Shown here: one piece after another, positions 24,916-36,624 of the stretch
Numbering within the stretch: position 1 is the stretch's first letter
How the letters are laid out: each line of letters begins with the position of its first letter
Assembly: GCF_018350175.1 (NCBI RefSeq)
Contig: NC_058368.1
Span: 82,462,001 to 82,526,000 of the forward strand
Direction of reading: 5' to 3'
From: Felis catus
Taxonomy: Eukaryota
Length of the DNA stretch: 64,000 bases
Made by a program: the position numbers and the translations under genes
Notes under the pieces: generated by a model
The model's database searches: none
What the model saw: only the letters and a program-made list of their open reading frames with translations
Told to the model about the DNA's origin: nothing

Positions 24916-27342
24916 ATGTCAGAACGGAAACCTCCCCAGAGGATGTTGGCTTGGCTTTGCACGCAGCCTCTGCCCCTGTGCACGTTGGCGGCTGCTGTTC
25001 CGGCCCCACTTGCCGTGTGCATCACTTCCTCCACGCCACGGCGAGTTCCTGCAAAAGGGGGTGACAACCTGGAGTCCCCGCAGGGCGTGGGGCTCTGCAC
25101 GCGGTCGCCTCCTATCCCAGTCTTCAAGCGGGATGGATCATCTACCTGTGTGCTTCCTCTCTGCACAGACGAGGAGACAGAAAATGAGCTCAACTTGCCA
25201 AAGTACGCCGTGCGGACGGAGCCAGACCGTTGCTACAGCCCAGATAAACTTCAGTGGGGGATTCATATTTTTGGTCCGTTAATATAATTCCTGGATGCAA
25301 TGCAAACCATTTCCAACACCTCCATTGTTTCAGTGCATACTTTCCTTATGAGGTTGCTTTTGGTGGCCAAGGGATTTGCACGCCACAGCAAAGTCCTCAT
25401 AGCTTTCCAAACAATAGTCTCTCGTGTCTGCCTCTCTGGCAGAAGGACAGACAGTGCAGCTTTCTGGACTCACTTTCTTCCAAATATGCATAGTGTCCAA
25501 GACAGAAGACCTGTTAGTCCTTAAAAATCGGGACCTTCCTTATTGGAGTGTGTCACTTTTGTGACAGGCTTTTAGGAAGATGGCCAGTAGGACAGCTTTC
25601 TTTGGGCTACTCAGACAAAGCAAGAGTACTGCCCCAAATAAAGGACAGCCAATAAGGCCCAGCAAGGAGCTCTCCAAAAACAGTGAGGAAATTTAGAGAA
25701 AGAGACCATCACTGGCCCAGGTACCAATAACTGCTCCATGGGGAGGGGTGGGGAAGGGTAGAGGGATAGGATCGCTGTGCTGGGGCTGGAGCACCGGTTA
25801 AACATTGTTACTCAAGTTCATCTGGATTTACACTACTTTGAAAAGAGAGAAAAATGTGAATGTCTGTAAAGGCAAGACAGGTTGCTGGTATTCAAATACT
25901 AAGCTTGTAATTGTAATAGATATTTTAAAAGGTCAAGCAAAGACATGCTGTGGATCATAGTCCAAAAGCAAGGCAGGAGCACGTGACGATGGTAACACCA
26001 AAGGAGCCGGCCGACTTGGGGAAAATGAACCACAGAGGTTCCCCTTGCCAGCCCGAGGGGCAGTAGCGGTGGCAGGAGCCGCGATAACGAAAACGATCGT
26101 GGTAATAAGAACCCCACTCACGGGTGCACGTGCAAACATCGTCTCATTTAATCTCACCGAGCCCAGAGGGGCAGGCACTGGGCACCAAGTGTACAAACAC
26201 GGAGAGAAGGAGGGCTTGCATGGGATCACACCGCCTGCGAGCAGGGCCACGCTGCAACCCGTGTAGAACTTTCAAGCCCTTACAGCAGTGTGGAAATGAA
26301 TAATTCAAAAGTGAATTCCAGAAACTTTCCTGACCAAAAGCGAATCTTGGCATTGATAGTACAGGCAGTGAGCTTTGCCCAAAAGCAATTTTAAAAGAAG
26401 GGCTCCACTCCCCCCTCCAACGCCAGGCACCTACTTGTCAAGTTTTTAGATTAAAGAAAGAAAGGACCGTATGAACACCATGAAGAAATGAGAGTTGAGA
26501 TCTGAATATCCTGGAATTCATCCTTTAGACTTCTGGAATAAGAATGCTTTGGAAAATGTTAAATAAATAGGGTTTAGAATATCACCTCTCCACTACATAT
26601 ACCCAACAGGTGCTTCAAACATAACACACCTCAGCCATCACACTCATCTCTGTTTTGTTAACCGGAGCTCCATCGACCTAGGCCTGGTGTCCTGCCTTCT
26701 CTGCTCCCTCTACAAGGGAGCAGACCCAGGGGCCCAGTTTCTTCCAGTCCAGTCTCTCTGAAACAGGTAATGAAACAGGCTCCAGCCCAGCAGGAATTCC
26801 TAGACCTGCTGCGGACACACAGTCAGCCCAATCACTATGAAGCCAGTATGAAACATTGCTTGAATATGTGTGTCGGGTTGTCCAAACTTGCCCCGGTCAC
26901 TCAGCCTCGCCAGACCACAGTCCCCACCTATCCATTTGGATATTTTGGGCCCCATGTGTGTTGCTGAGGTGGAGTTTATTCTATTTCAAGATTGTAGAAT
27001 TAGAAGAAGGTGATTATAATTGAATCTAGGAAGTAACAAGGCATTTCATAAGTTCTACAAAACCTCAGTGTATCATACTGCAATAATATTGAAACCAACT
27101 AAGAAAAAGGATAAAAACATACCTAAGCAGAGGGAAACTGACTAGCTTCTTACATAAAAAGAAAAGGTGCATATATGGAGAGCACTGTGAAAAGCATTTA
27201 AAAGCAATGAAAACACAGATATAAAACACTACCTTTATAACATGAAGCCCAAGCATTACTTCATGTGGCAGTGTCTTCCAGATTTCAGTCTTCTGCATGC
27301 AAATTTCAGTTTTTTGCCATATCTGTATCATCTAAATCATTA

Positions 27343-27448
27343 TTATTTACTTAATGCATGTTTAATAGATTCACTTTTTTGTCTGTCTGGAGCCATGTCT
27401 GTAAAGTCATGAATTCGTTGTACTGGCTGTGACTTTTCCTACAGTGCA
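27343..27448 (-). other. Candidate terminal coding exon of an unidentified minus-strand gene or pseudogene
   Basis: Two nearby AG acceptors give open frames: from 27438 in phase 0, EKSQPVQRIHDFTDMAPDRQKSESIKHALSK*; from 27448 in phase 1, HCRKSHSQYNEF...NMH*. AT-rich unique sequence follows, with a minus-strand AATAAA at 26980-26975. Confidence 0.25.
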
Positions 27449-27998
27449 CTGAAATGAATTAGCAACTTTTAAAGTAAACAGTCTCTATCCATATGCCACC
27501 TAAAATCGTTTGCATAACGATTCCTGGGGACTTACGGAAAAAGATCGTCGCCCCTTCCCCTGTGAAGACGCTGGTAGCACAACAGAGGGACAGAGGTTGG
27601 TTGTGAAACAACCACCATGTTAAGGTTAGCGAGCACACTAACACCTCACATAGTTACCGTGTGTATGGTAGACCTACCCTCTTAGCAAATTTCAAGCACG
27701 TAATACAGCATTGTTGACCATAGTCACCATGCTGTGTGTCAGATCCCTAGAACTTACTCACCTTGTAACTAGAAATTCATATTGTTTGATCAACCTCTCC
27801 CCATCTCTCCCTCCCCCCAGCCCCTGGAAACCACCAATCTACCATCTGTCCCGGTGAGTTGGACTTTTTTAGATTCCATATATAAGTGAGATTAGGCAAT
27901 ATTTGTCTTTCTATGTCTGACTTACTTCACTTCACATGTTGGAGGCTCATCTCTGTTGTTGTAAATGCACAATTTCCTTCTTTTTTATGGCTGGATGA

Positions 27999-28325
27999 TT
28001 ATCTACCTATCATCTATCTATCTATCTATCTATCAACTATCTATCTGTCTATTGGTCATCTATTGGTCATCTATCTATCTACTCATCTGTCTATCTATTG
28101 ATCATCTATCGATCATCTATTTACTCATCTATTGATCATCTATCATCTATCTATTTAATCATCTATTAATCATCTATCGATCATCTATCTACTCATCTAT
28201 CTATTGATCATCTATCATCTATCTATCTAATCATCTATATGTCTTGATCATCTATCGATCATCTATCTTTCCATCTATATTTTATATATATATATATATT
28301 TATTTATCCATACACACACACACAG
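27999..28325. repeat. Compound (TCTA)n microsatellite grading into (TA)n and (CA)n
   Basis: atct/tcta units with periodic gatc and actc variants. Confidence 0.9.
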
Positions 28326-28611
28326 ATAAAGAAAATATACATCTGTTAATGCGATATTTATCTGTTGTGGATACTTAAATTGTTTCCACATCTTGGTTAT
28401 TGTGAATAATGCTCCAATGAACAGGAGGGTGCTGGTTCTCTTTAAGACAGTGATTTCACTTCCTATGGTTATAAACTCAGCAGTGGGATTGTTGCATCAT
28501 ATGGTAGTTCTATTTTAATTTTCTGAGGAAAACTCCATACTGTTTTCCAGAGTGGCTACACAAGTTGATGTCCCCACCAACAGTGCACAAGGGTTCCTTT
28601 TCTCAAAAACA

Positions 28612-28794
28612 TTTTTTAACGTTTATTTATTTTTGAGAAAGAGAGACAGAGTGTGAGTGGGGGAGGAGCAGACAGAGAGGGAGACACAGAATCCAAAGCA
28701 GGGTCCAGGCTCTGAGCTGTCAAACCCATGAACTGTGAGATCATGATCTGTGCTGAAGTCAGATGCTTAACTGATTGGGCCACCCAGGCACCCC
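28612..28794 (-). mobile_element. Can-SINE with internal deletion
   Basis: Antisense SINE lacking the gcacagagcc...ggggctcg segment; TSD tccttttct. Confidence 0.92.
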
Positions 28795-28879
28795 TCCTTT
28801 TCTTCACATCGTCTAGAATATTTATCTCTTGTCTTTTTGATAATAACCATTCTAACATGTGTGAGGTGATATCTTCTTG

Positions 28880-29089
28880 TTTTTTTATTTTTTAAGTTTA
28901 TTTATCCATTTTGAGAGGGAGACAGAGCACAAGCAGGGGAGGGACAGAGAGAAGGAGAGACAGAATCTCAAGCAGGATCCACGCCATCAGTGCACTGCCT
29001 GATGTGGGGCTCGAACTCACGAACCGTGAGATTAGGATCTGAGCCAAGATCAAAAGTAGGACACAACTGACTGTGCCACTAGGCGCCTC
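28880..29089 (-). mobile_element. Can-SINE (diverged)
   Basis: Antisense tail, GA tract and ggggctcgaactcacgaaccgtgagat body. Confidence 0.92.
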
Positions 29090-29627
29090 ATCTCCTTATG
29101 GTTTTGATTTACATTTCCCTGGTGAGTGGTGGTGTTGAGTATTTTTTCATGCACCTGTTGGCCATCTGGATGTCTTCTCTGGAAAAGTGTCTACTTAGGT
29201 CCCTTGCCCATTTTTAATTAGATTATTTGTTTTGCTATTGAGATGTAGGAGTTCCTTATGTATTTTGGATATTAATCCCTTAACAGATATATGGTTGACA
29301 AATATTTTCTCCCATTTCATAGGCTGCCTTTCCATTTTATTGATGGGTTTCCTTTGCTGAGCAGAAGCCTTTTAGTTTGATACGGTCCCACTTGTTTATT
29401 TTTGCTTCTGTTGCTTATGCTTTTGGTGTCATTTCCAAAAGATCATTGCCAAGACCAATGTCAAGGGGTTTTTCCCTATGTTTTCTTGTAGCAATTTTAC
29501 AGTTTCAACTTTTACATTTAAGTCTTTAATCCATTTAGGATTAATTTTTGTGAGTGGTATAAGACAGGGGTCCGCGTTCGTTCTTCTGCATGATATTCAG
29601 TTTTTCAACACCAGACATTATCTTCTA

Positions 29628-29722
29628 TAGGCCTTAGGTTTCGTTTCTGTAAAATGTGCATGGTTAAGACCTACCTCATTGAAATGGTGTGACAGTGAAA
29701 TGAGATAATGTGTTTCAAATGG
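29628..29722 (+). mobile_element. MIR fragment
   Basis: gtttctgtaaaatg...acctacctca...aaatgagataatg. Confidence 0.65.
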
Positions 29723-30017
29723 ATCATATATGCATGTATATGCATTTTCAGACATGTCAAGTGCAGACAGTGATCCTTTCTTTTCTTTTTGCTTTTGGAT
29801 GTTGTATCTCTCATTTCTGCTGCATCTGGTATTACTACATTGGGTAGACATTCTGGAACTCTGAGTAACAGGAGAGATGGAGGGCCTTCTTGCCGTGGCC
29901 CTGATGATGCTGGGAGAGCTCAGAGCTTCACCACCAAGGTCGCTGGTACCTGCTGCTATTTCCTGGTTCTCATCGGGAGTTCTTCATGGCTGCCTCCTCC
30001 CCCCAGATTGGGGAAGC

Positions 30018-30018
<1 letters not shown>

Positions 30019-30066
<48 letters not shown>

Positions 30067-30256
30067 TTTCTTTTTTTGAATGTACTTATTTTTGAGGGAG
30101 CAACAGAGTGTGAGCAGGGGAGGGGCAGAGAGAGAGGGAGACACAGACTTTGCGCTGTCAGCACAGAGCCTGATGTGGGGCTCGAACTCATGAACCATGG
30201 GATCGTGACCTGAGCCAAAGTCGGACGCTTAACGGACTGAGCTGTCCAGGTGCCCC
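30019..30256 (-). mobile_element. Can-SINE with (TTTC)n tail
   Basis: Antisense SINE; TSD gggaagct at 30011-30018 and 30258-30265. Confidence 0.95.
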
Positions 30257-30545
30257 TGGGAAGCTGTTTCCATGACTGGCGCGATCTAGGAACACTATTA
30301 AGGGAAAGGTAAGGAGTCTTTCAATGTTACGTGGTTCAGATGTTCAATTTTAAGTACCTTACAATGATCTTGCTTGGCAGAGGTACAGGGTGGTCTCCAG
30401 ATCAGAGGGGCTCAGGATCCAGGACCCCTGTCTGGTTCCATTGGTGCGAGGTGCCTCTCTGATGGTGCCCCCTGCCTGAGGATGTCCGCCCTCCCTCCCC
30501 ATCCTCCTGCAGAAGGATCTGCTCTGGAGAGTCAGCGCAGTAACG

Positions 30546-30664
30546 CAGTAAGAGTTAACCTCCTCCTCCCCCTGCCCCCCCTTCCCCATTGCTTATCTCA
30601 GAGTCTAAATAACACAGTAAGAGTTACCTCCTCCCCCTCCCCCCCCCCCTTGCTTATCTCAGAG
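30546..30664. repeat. Two-copy tandem duplication, period 69 bp
   Basis: cagtaagagtt(a)acctcctc-[C-rich]-ttgcttatctcagag at 30546-30603 and 30615-30664. Confidence 0.85.
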
Positions 30665-32377
30665 ATGTTGAAATGTGTTTAGCAAAAACATCTGGGGAGC
30701 TTCCAGGTGGAGGCAGGCTTGTCTTCATCGGGAGGATTTATGACTTTAGATGTACAGCCAGGGAAGGAAAATAAAAGCTGGCATGTAGAACATATTCAAG
30801 AGAGGTTCCCACCAACTTAAAAAAGCAAAAACATGTTAAGGACATTTCCTTCTATTTCTGTTTATCAATATTTTTATTAGGTAAATTTGCCAAATTATAT
30901 CAATGCATTTTCAGCATAGGTGAAACGAGAAACAAAGAATTTTCCTTTTTTGATTTACTTCTTTTTTGTTTCCTTTACAGCGTCTTCCCAAAAACAAAAG
31001 CTTTAAATTCTTATAAACTGTAATTCATTAAATTTTTCTCTTATGCGTCATGCCTCTTGTGTCGTAGGAAATATTTGCCTGCTCCAAGGCTGCAAAGATT
31101 TTGCTCCTACAAGTCCTATAGTTTTTAATTTTACATTTAGGGCTATAATCCATTTGAGTAAATTTTTGTGTGTAGTGTGAATTGAAGGTCAATGTTGGTT
31201 TTTTCCCTCCATATGAATATCTAGTTGTCTGAGCCCCATTTGTTTAAAAGACATTCCTTTCTTCATTATCTTGGCACCTTTATCGGAAGTGAACTGACCA
31301 TACAGATGTGGGTACGTTTCTACTGAGAAGTTAAGCTACGATTGGTTTTTTATTTTATGCTTGAACCCTGTAACACTGCCAAATTCATGTATTACCTCTG
31401 GCAGTTGTCTGATCAAGCATCAATAGGTGTTCATTTCAAATGTTTTTATCTACTCGATATGACCATGTGATTTTCCTTCTTTGGTCCACTAATATGATGG
31501 ATTAAGGGTCTGATTTTCAAATATTGAACCAGTATTCCATCCCTGGAATAAACCCCATTTGTTCATGGCATATAATTATTTTTATATATTGCTGAATTCT
31601 ATGTAGTAATGTTTTGTCAAGTATTTTTGCATCTATATTCATGAGAAATACTGGTCTGTAGTGTTTTGGTTTTTTTTATGTGTTGTCTTTGCCTGGTGTT
31701 GGTACAGGGTGAGTACGAGCTTCACAAAATGAGCTGGCAAGTGTTTCCTCCTCTTCTATTTTCCAGAAGAGACTGCAAACCTGGTATTAATTCTTTAAAC
31801 ATTTGGTACAATTCTCCAGTGAAACCATCTGAGTCTGGAGATTTATTTTGGGGCAGTTTTTAAAGTACAAATTCAATTTCCTTAATAGTTATAAAACTAT
31901 TCAAATTATCTAATTTCGTATTGGGTGAGTTGTGGTCATTTGTGTTTTTAATGAATTGGTCTAAGCCATCCAAGTGGCCATATTTATGTAGAATTGTTTG
32001 TATTCTTTTGGTGTCTGCAGGGTCCTTGATGATAGCCCCTGTTCAGTTTTGATCTTGCTAATTTGCGTCTTCTCTCTTTTCTTACTTTGTCTGTCTTGCT
32101 AGAGATTTGTCTACTTTATTGATCTTTCAAAGAACTAGCTCTGTTTCATTGTTTTTCTCTTGTTTTTCTATTTTTAATTTCATTAATTTCTGTTCTTACC
32201 TTTATCATTTCTTTCCTTCTGCTTGTTTTGGGTTTATTCTGCTCTTTCCTGTCTGATTCCTTGTGGTAGGAGCTTAGATTATTGATTTGAGACACTTCCT
32301 CTCTGCTAGTGTATGTATTTACTACTAATTTTTCTCTCAACACTGTTTTAACTGTATTACTTAATTTTTGACATGCT

Positions 32378-32593
32378 GGGGGTCGCCTGGGTGGCTCAGT
32401 CAGTTAAGTGTCTGAATCCTGATTTCGGCTTAAGTCATGATCTCACAGTTCGTGGGATTGACCCCGTATCTGGCTCTGCGCTGACAGTGCAGAGCCTGCT
32501 TGGGATTCTCTCTCTCCCACTCTCTCTGCCCCTCCCCTGCTCATGCACACACCCTCTCTCTAAAAATAAATAGACAAATAACATGAAAAAAAA
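32378..32593 (+). mobile_element. Can-SINE
   Basis: gggggtcgcctgggtggctcag head, cagagcctgcttgggattctctctc body, A-rich tail. Confidence 0.93.
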
Positions 32594-32812
32594 TGTCTTA
32601 CCTGCTGTATTTTCATTTTCATTTAATTTGATGTATTTTTAAATTTTCTCTTGAGACTTTGTGACCCAGGGATTATCTAGAAGTTCAATGTTTAGTTTAC
32701 AAGTGTTTGGAGGTTTTCCTGTTATATTTCTGTTATTGATTTCTTTAATGATTCCATTTGGTCAGAGAACACAATCTGTGTAATCTCAATTTTTAAAAAT
32801 TTGTTGGGATTT

Positions 32813-33057
32813 TTAAAATTTATTTTCTTTTAAAGAAATATAGTTTCTTTTAAGTTTATTTGCTTTTGAGAGAGAGACAGAGGGATCACAAGCATGAGCA
32901 GGTGAAAGGAAGAGAGAGGGAGAGACACAATCCCAAGCAGGCTCTGCACTGTCAGCACAGAGTCTGATGCAGGGCTCGATCCTACAAACTGTGAGATCAT
33001 GACCTGAGCTGAAATCAAAAGTCAGATGCTTAACTGACTGAGCTACCCAGATGCCCC
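32813..33057 (-). mobile_element. Can-SINE
   Basis: Antisense copy; TSD tgttgggattt at 32802 and 33058. Confidence 0.93.
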
Positions 33058-35289
33058 TGTTGGGATTTGTTTTATGACCCTGGATATGGCTTATCTTGAT
33101 ATATGTCTCAAGGGCACTTGGAAAGAAAGTGTATTTGGTGTTGTTGTCCAGATGTTTGATAAATGTTGATTAGATTCTGTTTGTTGATGACATTGTTGAG
33201 TTTGGTGTCCTTGTGATTTTCTGTCTAGTTGTTTCATCAATTGCTGAGAGAGGCATGTAAAGTCTCCAACTGGAATTATGGATTTTGCCTTTTTCTCCTT
33301 TAGTTCCATCAGTTTTTGCTTCACTTATTTTGTAGTTCTGTTGTTTGGTGCACACACATTTAGGATTCCTATGTCTTTTTGGTGGATTGACCTTATTGTT
33401 ATTATATAATGTCCTGCTCTCTCTCTCTCTCTCTCTCTCTCTGCCAGTTTTCTTTGTTTTGAAGTATATTTTATCTGATACAATATAATCACTTCTTTCC
33501 TTTGGATAATGTTTGCGTGATACATCTTATTCCACTTTCAACTTTCAACCTGCCAACATTGTTATATTTGAAGTGATATTCTTGTTGGATGGCACATGGT
33601 TAGGTCATGGTTCTTAATCCATTCTGCCAATCTTCCAGTGTATTCCATGCCTTAGGCCATTTACGTTTACTGTAATTAGTGATATGTTAGGACTCATCTG
33701 ATATGTTTGTTTGTTTTCTGTTTGCTTTTTGCTTCTGCTTTCTTTTTCCTGCCTGTGGATTACTTGAACAATTTTTAGAATACTTTGATTCATCTGTAAT
33801 GTTTTTGAGCATATTTCTTGGTATGGCTTTTTCAGTAGTTCCTCCAGACACTACTTTATACATAATTAACTTACCGTCTATTAATATTACCATTACCATT
33901 ACCATTAATATTACCATTACTTTATACATAATTAACTCACAGTCTATTAATATTACCATTTTACCAGTTCAGGTGAAGTCTAGAAACCTTACCTCCATCT
34001 TGTCTTTTTACCCTCTTCTGTCTACGATGTAATTGTATTATTTCCTCTGCATCAGACAGTGGTATAATTTTGCTTCACTTGTCAAACACAATTTGGAAAA
34101 CACAAGAGGAGAAGGCTTATTGTATTTACACATATTTTTGCTTGTCATGTTCTTTCTTTCTCCTTGACGTTCAAGGTTCCTCCTTTGATCATTTCCTTTT
34201 GGTCTAGGGAAATTAAACATCCTTTTAGGGTAAGCATGCTGGTGACAAATTTTCTTGGTTTTCCTTCAGATGAAAACGGCTTGATTTTTTCCCTTCAATC
34301 CTGAAGGTTATTTTTGCTGGATACAGGACTCTAGGTTGACAGTTCTTTCAGTGCTTAAAAAAAAGAGGACTTTCTTCTGTCCTCTATGCTTTCTGATGAG
34401 AGATCTGCTGTAATTCAAACTGTTTTTCCCCTTTGGGTAAAACATTGTTTCATTTTGTCTCCAGTTTTCAGAAGTTTGAAAAATGCTAGGTTTTTTGTGT
34501 GGATTTCTTAGGGTTTGTTCTGTTTGGGGATTTTTTTCAGCTTCTTAATTTTGTAGGTTTACGTTTTTGCAAATTTGCGGAGTTTTAATCCATTACATTT
34601 TTATTTACTTGTAATTTTTTTCAGCCCCATCCTATCTGTCTTCTCCTCTTCTTCCAGGACTCTGATGTTGTGAATGTTAGATCTTTTGTGAGAGTCCCAC
34701 AGGTCTCCAATTTTTTTTTTTTAAGATTGTTGTCTCTCTGTTGCTCAGATTAGTTTTTATTGTTTTATCTTTTAGTTCACTGATTCTTTCCTCTGTCCCC
34801 TCCTTTTTTCTGTTGAGCCAATCCATTAAGGTTTTTGTTTCAGTTCCTCTTGTCAGGAGGGCCACCTGCCTGGCTGGCCACATGGCCTGCTGAGTGTCAC
34901 CTGTCTGGGCACAGCCTGGAGCTCAGCTTGTGTAGCTGGAACAGGTCACAGGAACTGGGGTTGTGTTGTTAGATGCCTGAAGGACAGGACTAGAGTCTGG
35001 CTGAGTCAGGCAGGATGGAGTCTGGGCAGGCCACCTTCAGCTCTAGAATCAAGTGGGTGTTCAGACAGAACTGAAGAAATGCAAACCTGAAGAATGCTCA
35101 GAAGGCCTCTTCTCTTTTCTGGTCTTTGGTTACCATTAGTGGCTGCAGCTTCCCACACGGACCTCAAGCATATTGTGCTGCCCTAAGGAGCCCATCCAGC
35201 TGCCCCACCTGCTTCCCATTGGGCCACTTCCCAAAATGTAGACAAGCCACCTGGGCCAGCATTACAGGTTGTTGTTAGGCTAATTGTTC

Positions 35290-35506
35290 TTTAAAAAATT
35301 TTTTTTTTAAGTTTTATTTCATTTTTTGAGAGACAGAGCATGAGTAGGGGAGGGGCAGAGAGAGAGAGGGAGATAGAGAATCTGAAGCAGGCTCCAGGCT
35401 CTGAGCTGTCAGCACAGAGCCCGATGTGGGGCTCAAACCCATGAACATGAGATCCTGACCTGAGCCGAAGTTGGAGGCTCAACCAAATGAGCCACCCAGG
35501 TGTCCC
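35290..35506 (-). mobile_element. Can-SINE (felid type)
   Basis: Antisense tail, GA tract and gcaggctccaggctctgagctgtcagcacagagcc body. Confidence 0.95.
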
Positions 35507-36315
35507 TCTGTCTGCTTTTAAATATCTCACAGGACCAGTTTATGGATCTTCGTGTAATGGTCATAACACACGCAGCAGCACTGGTTACAACTTTGTGTGC
35601 GGTTGACACAGTCCCCATTACTGTGCTCAAGTGCCCTGGGAAGTTCTTTCCTTCTCTGTGGATAAGGAAATCCATCCGTAGGCATGGTGATGTCGGGTGC
35701 CTCACTGCAGGTGACGTCTTAGTATGAGCCAGTCTAACTCCGGGACCAGACTTGCAGCCTCTGTGCTCAGCACTGACCAGTTGAACACCCTGAAGACCCT
35801 CAGGTGCGGGACCCGCACACGGCACCTGCCTCGGCAGGACGGCTACGCCGTGCCAGGAGAAAGGCCTTCTGGTTGTTTACCCGCTAGCTTGTGAGCAACA
35901 TGATTTATCCTTCTTTTCCTGCCAAGCATTTGGACTCTTGGCATATCAAAGGGTTAAAGGTGTCTGCTCTTGGATCCACACAGTAAATATAGCATATTTT
36001 CTTAATCCCTTTCACCATGTCTGTACACGGCATTTATGTGCTAATTGTGTTTAATGGAAGGAGAACCCATGCTTGGTTCAAACAAATCCTTAAGATGGAA
36101 AGAATGTTCTTTCCTGTGGTGGATAAGAACACAGAGTGAGTGCTGAGGGAGTCGGGCGGCCCGGGCGGGAGGGTGAGCAGGTTGGCGTACCACCAGGGTC
36201 GACCAGCACGGGCTTGCTGTTCTGGTGCCCCACAGCCCTGGCACGACCTGCTGCGTCTTATCCAGACACACCGTTCAGGGCATTTACTTCCTGGCTGGTC
36301 GTACCAGTTACTTAC

Positions 36316-36624
36316 TATGTTTGCATTTAAAGAGCTGCCTGTTTTCCTCCTTGCTCACGGTCTCTGCTGCCTTGAGAGCACAATTCAGAACATTTCTAGC
36401 TTGAAAGGCATCAAGCATGCCCCTAATCACACTTTGAATCAAGAAGCTCTTTCCTGGCATCAGAGCAGCCAGGGCTGCTGGCTCAGAGTAACAACTCTTG
36501 AAGTCCCTTGCTGACTTTATCTTTCCCAAGACCAACATGTCCTTGACAAACAAGTTAGATAATCCTGCCGTGTTTCTGTGACTTTCTTCTTTGCAGCTGA
36601 GGTTCCAAACTGTAGAGAAGTTTC
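36316..36624 (-). CDS. Candidate internal coding exon (309 nt, phase 1-1), product not recognised
   Basis: Minus-strand acceptor ctatgttctttctcctccttgctgtttgtttcctag|GA and donor ATA|gtaagt; length divisible by 3; one frame fully open (NFSTVWNLSCKEESHRN...AAETVSKEENRQLFKCKH) and closed by a stop just past the donor; non-repetitive sequence. Confidence 0.45.

Larger units (their letters stand above)
27620..29615 (-). mobile_element. L1MA-type 3' end and ORF2 C-terminal remnant, interrupted by a microsatellite and two SINEs
   Basis: cacctcacatagttacc, ctcttagcaaatttcaag, atagtcaccatgctg, tatggtagttctattttaatttt and gcagaagccttttagtttgat. Confidence 0.9.
30960..34850 (-). mobile_element. Old L1 (ORF2 endonuclease region to ORF1 remnants), fragmented
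   Basis: T-rich antisense text; minus-strand remnants such as ...SQINNLSSY...KPKTSRRKEMIKVRTEINEI..., MKQKLMELKE...IIPVGDF and ...SIHQKDIGILNVCAPNNR are L1 ORF2-like. Confidence 0.9.

Noticed and set aside
24853..25287. 144-aa plus-strand ORF with an internal acceptor-like site
   Set aside because: Begins in an L1 remnant, has no recognisable domain and no matching donor.
36316..36420. Resemblance of NCALKAAETVSKEEN to CFAP77 (NRGAVKAGLVTAREN, from memory)
   Set aside because: Only a few scattered identities and the rest of the peptide does not match, so no gene symbol was assigned.
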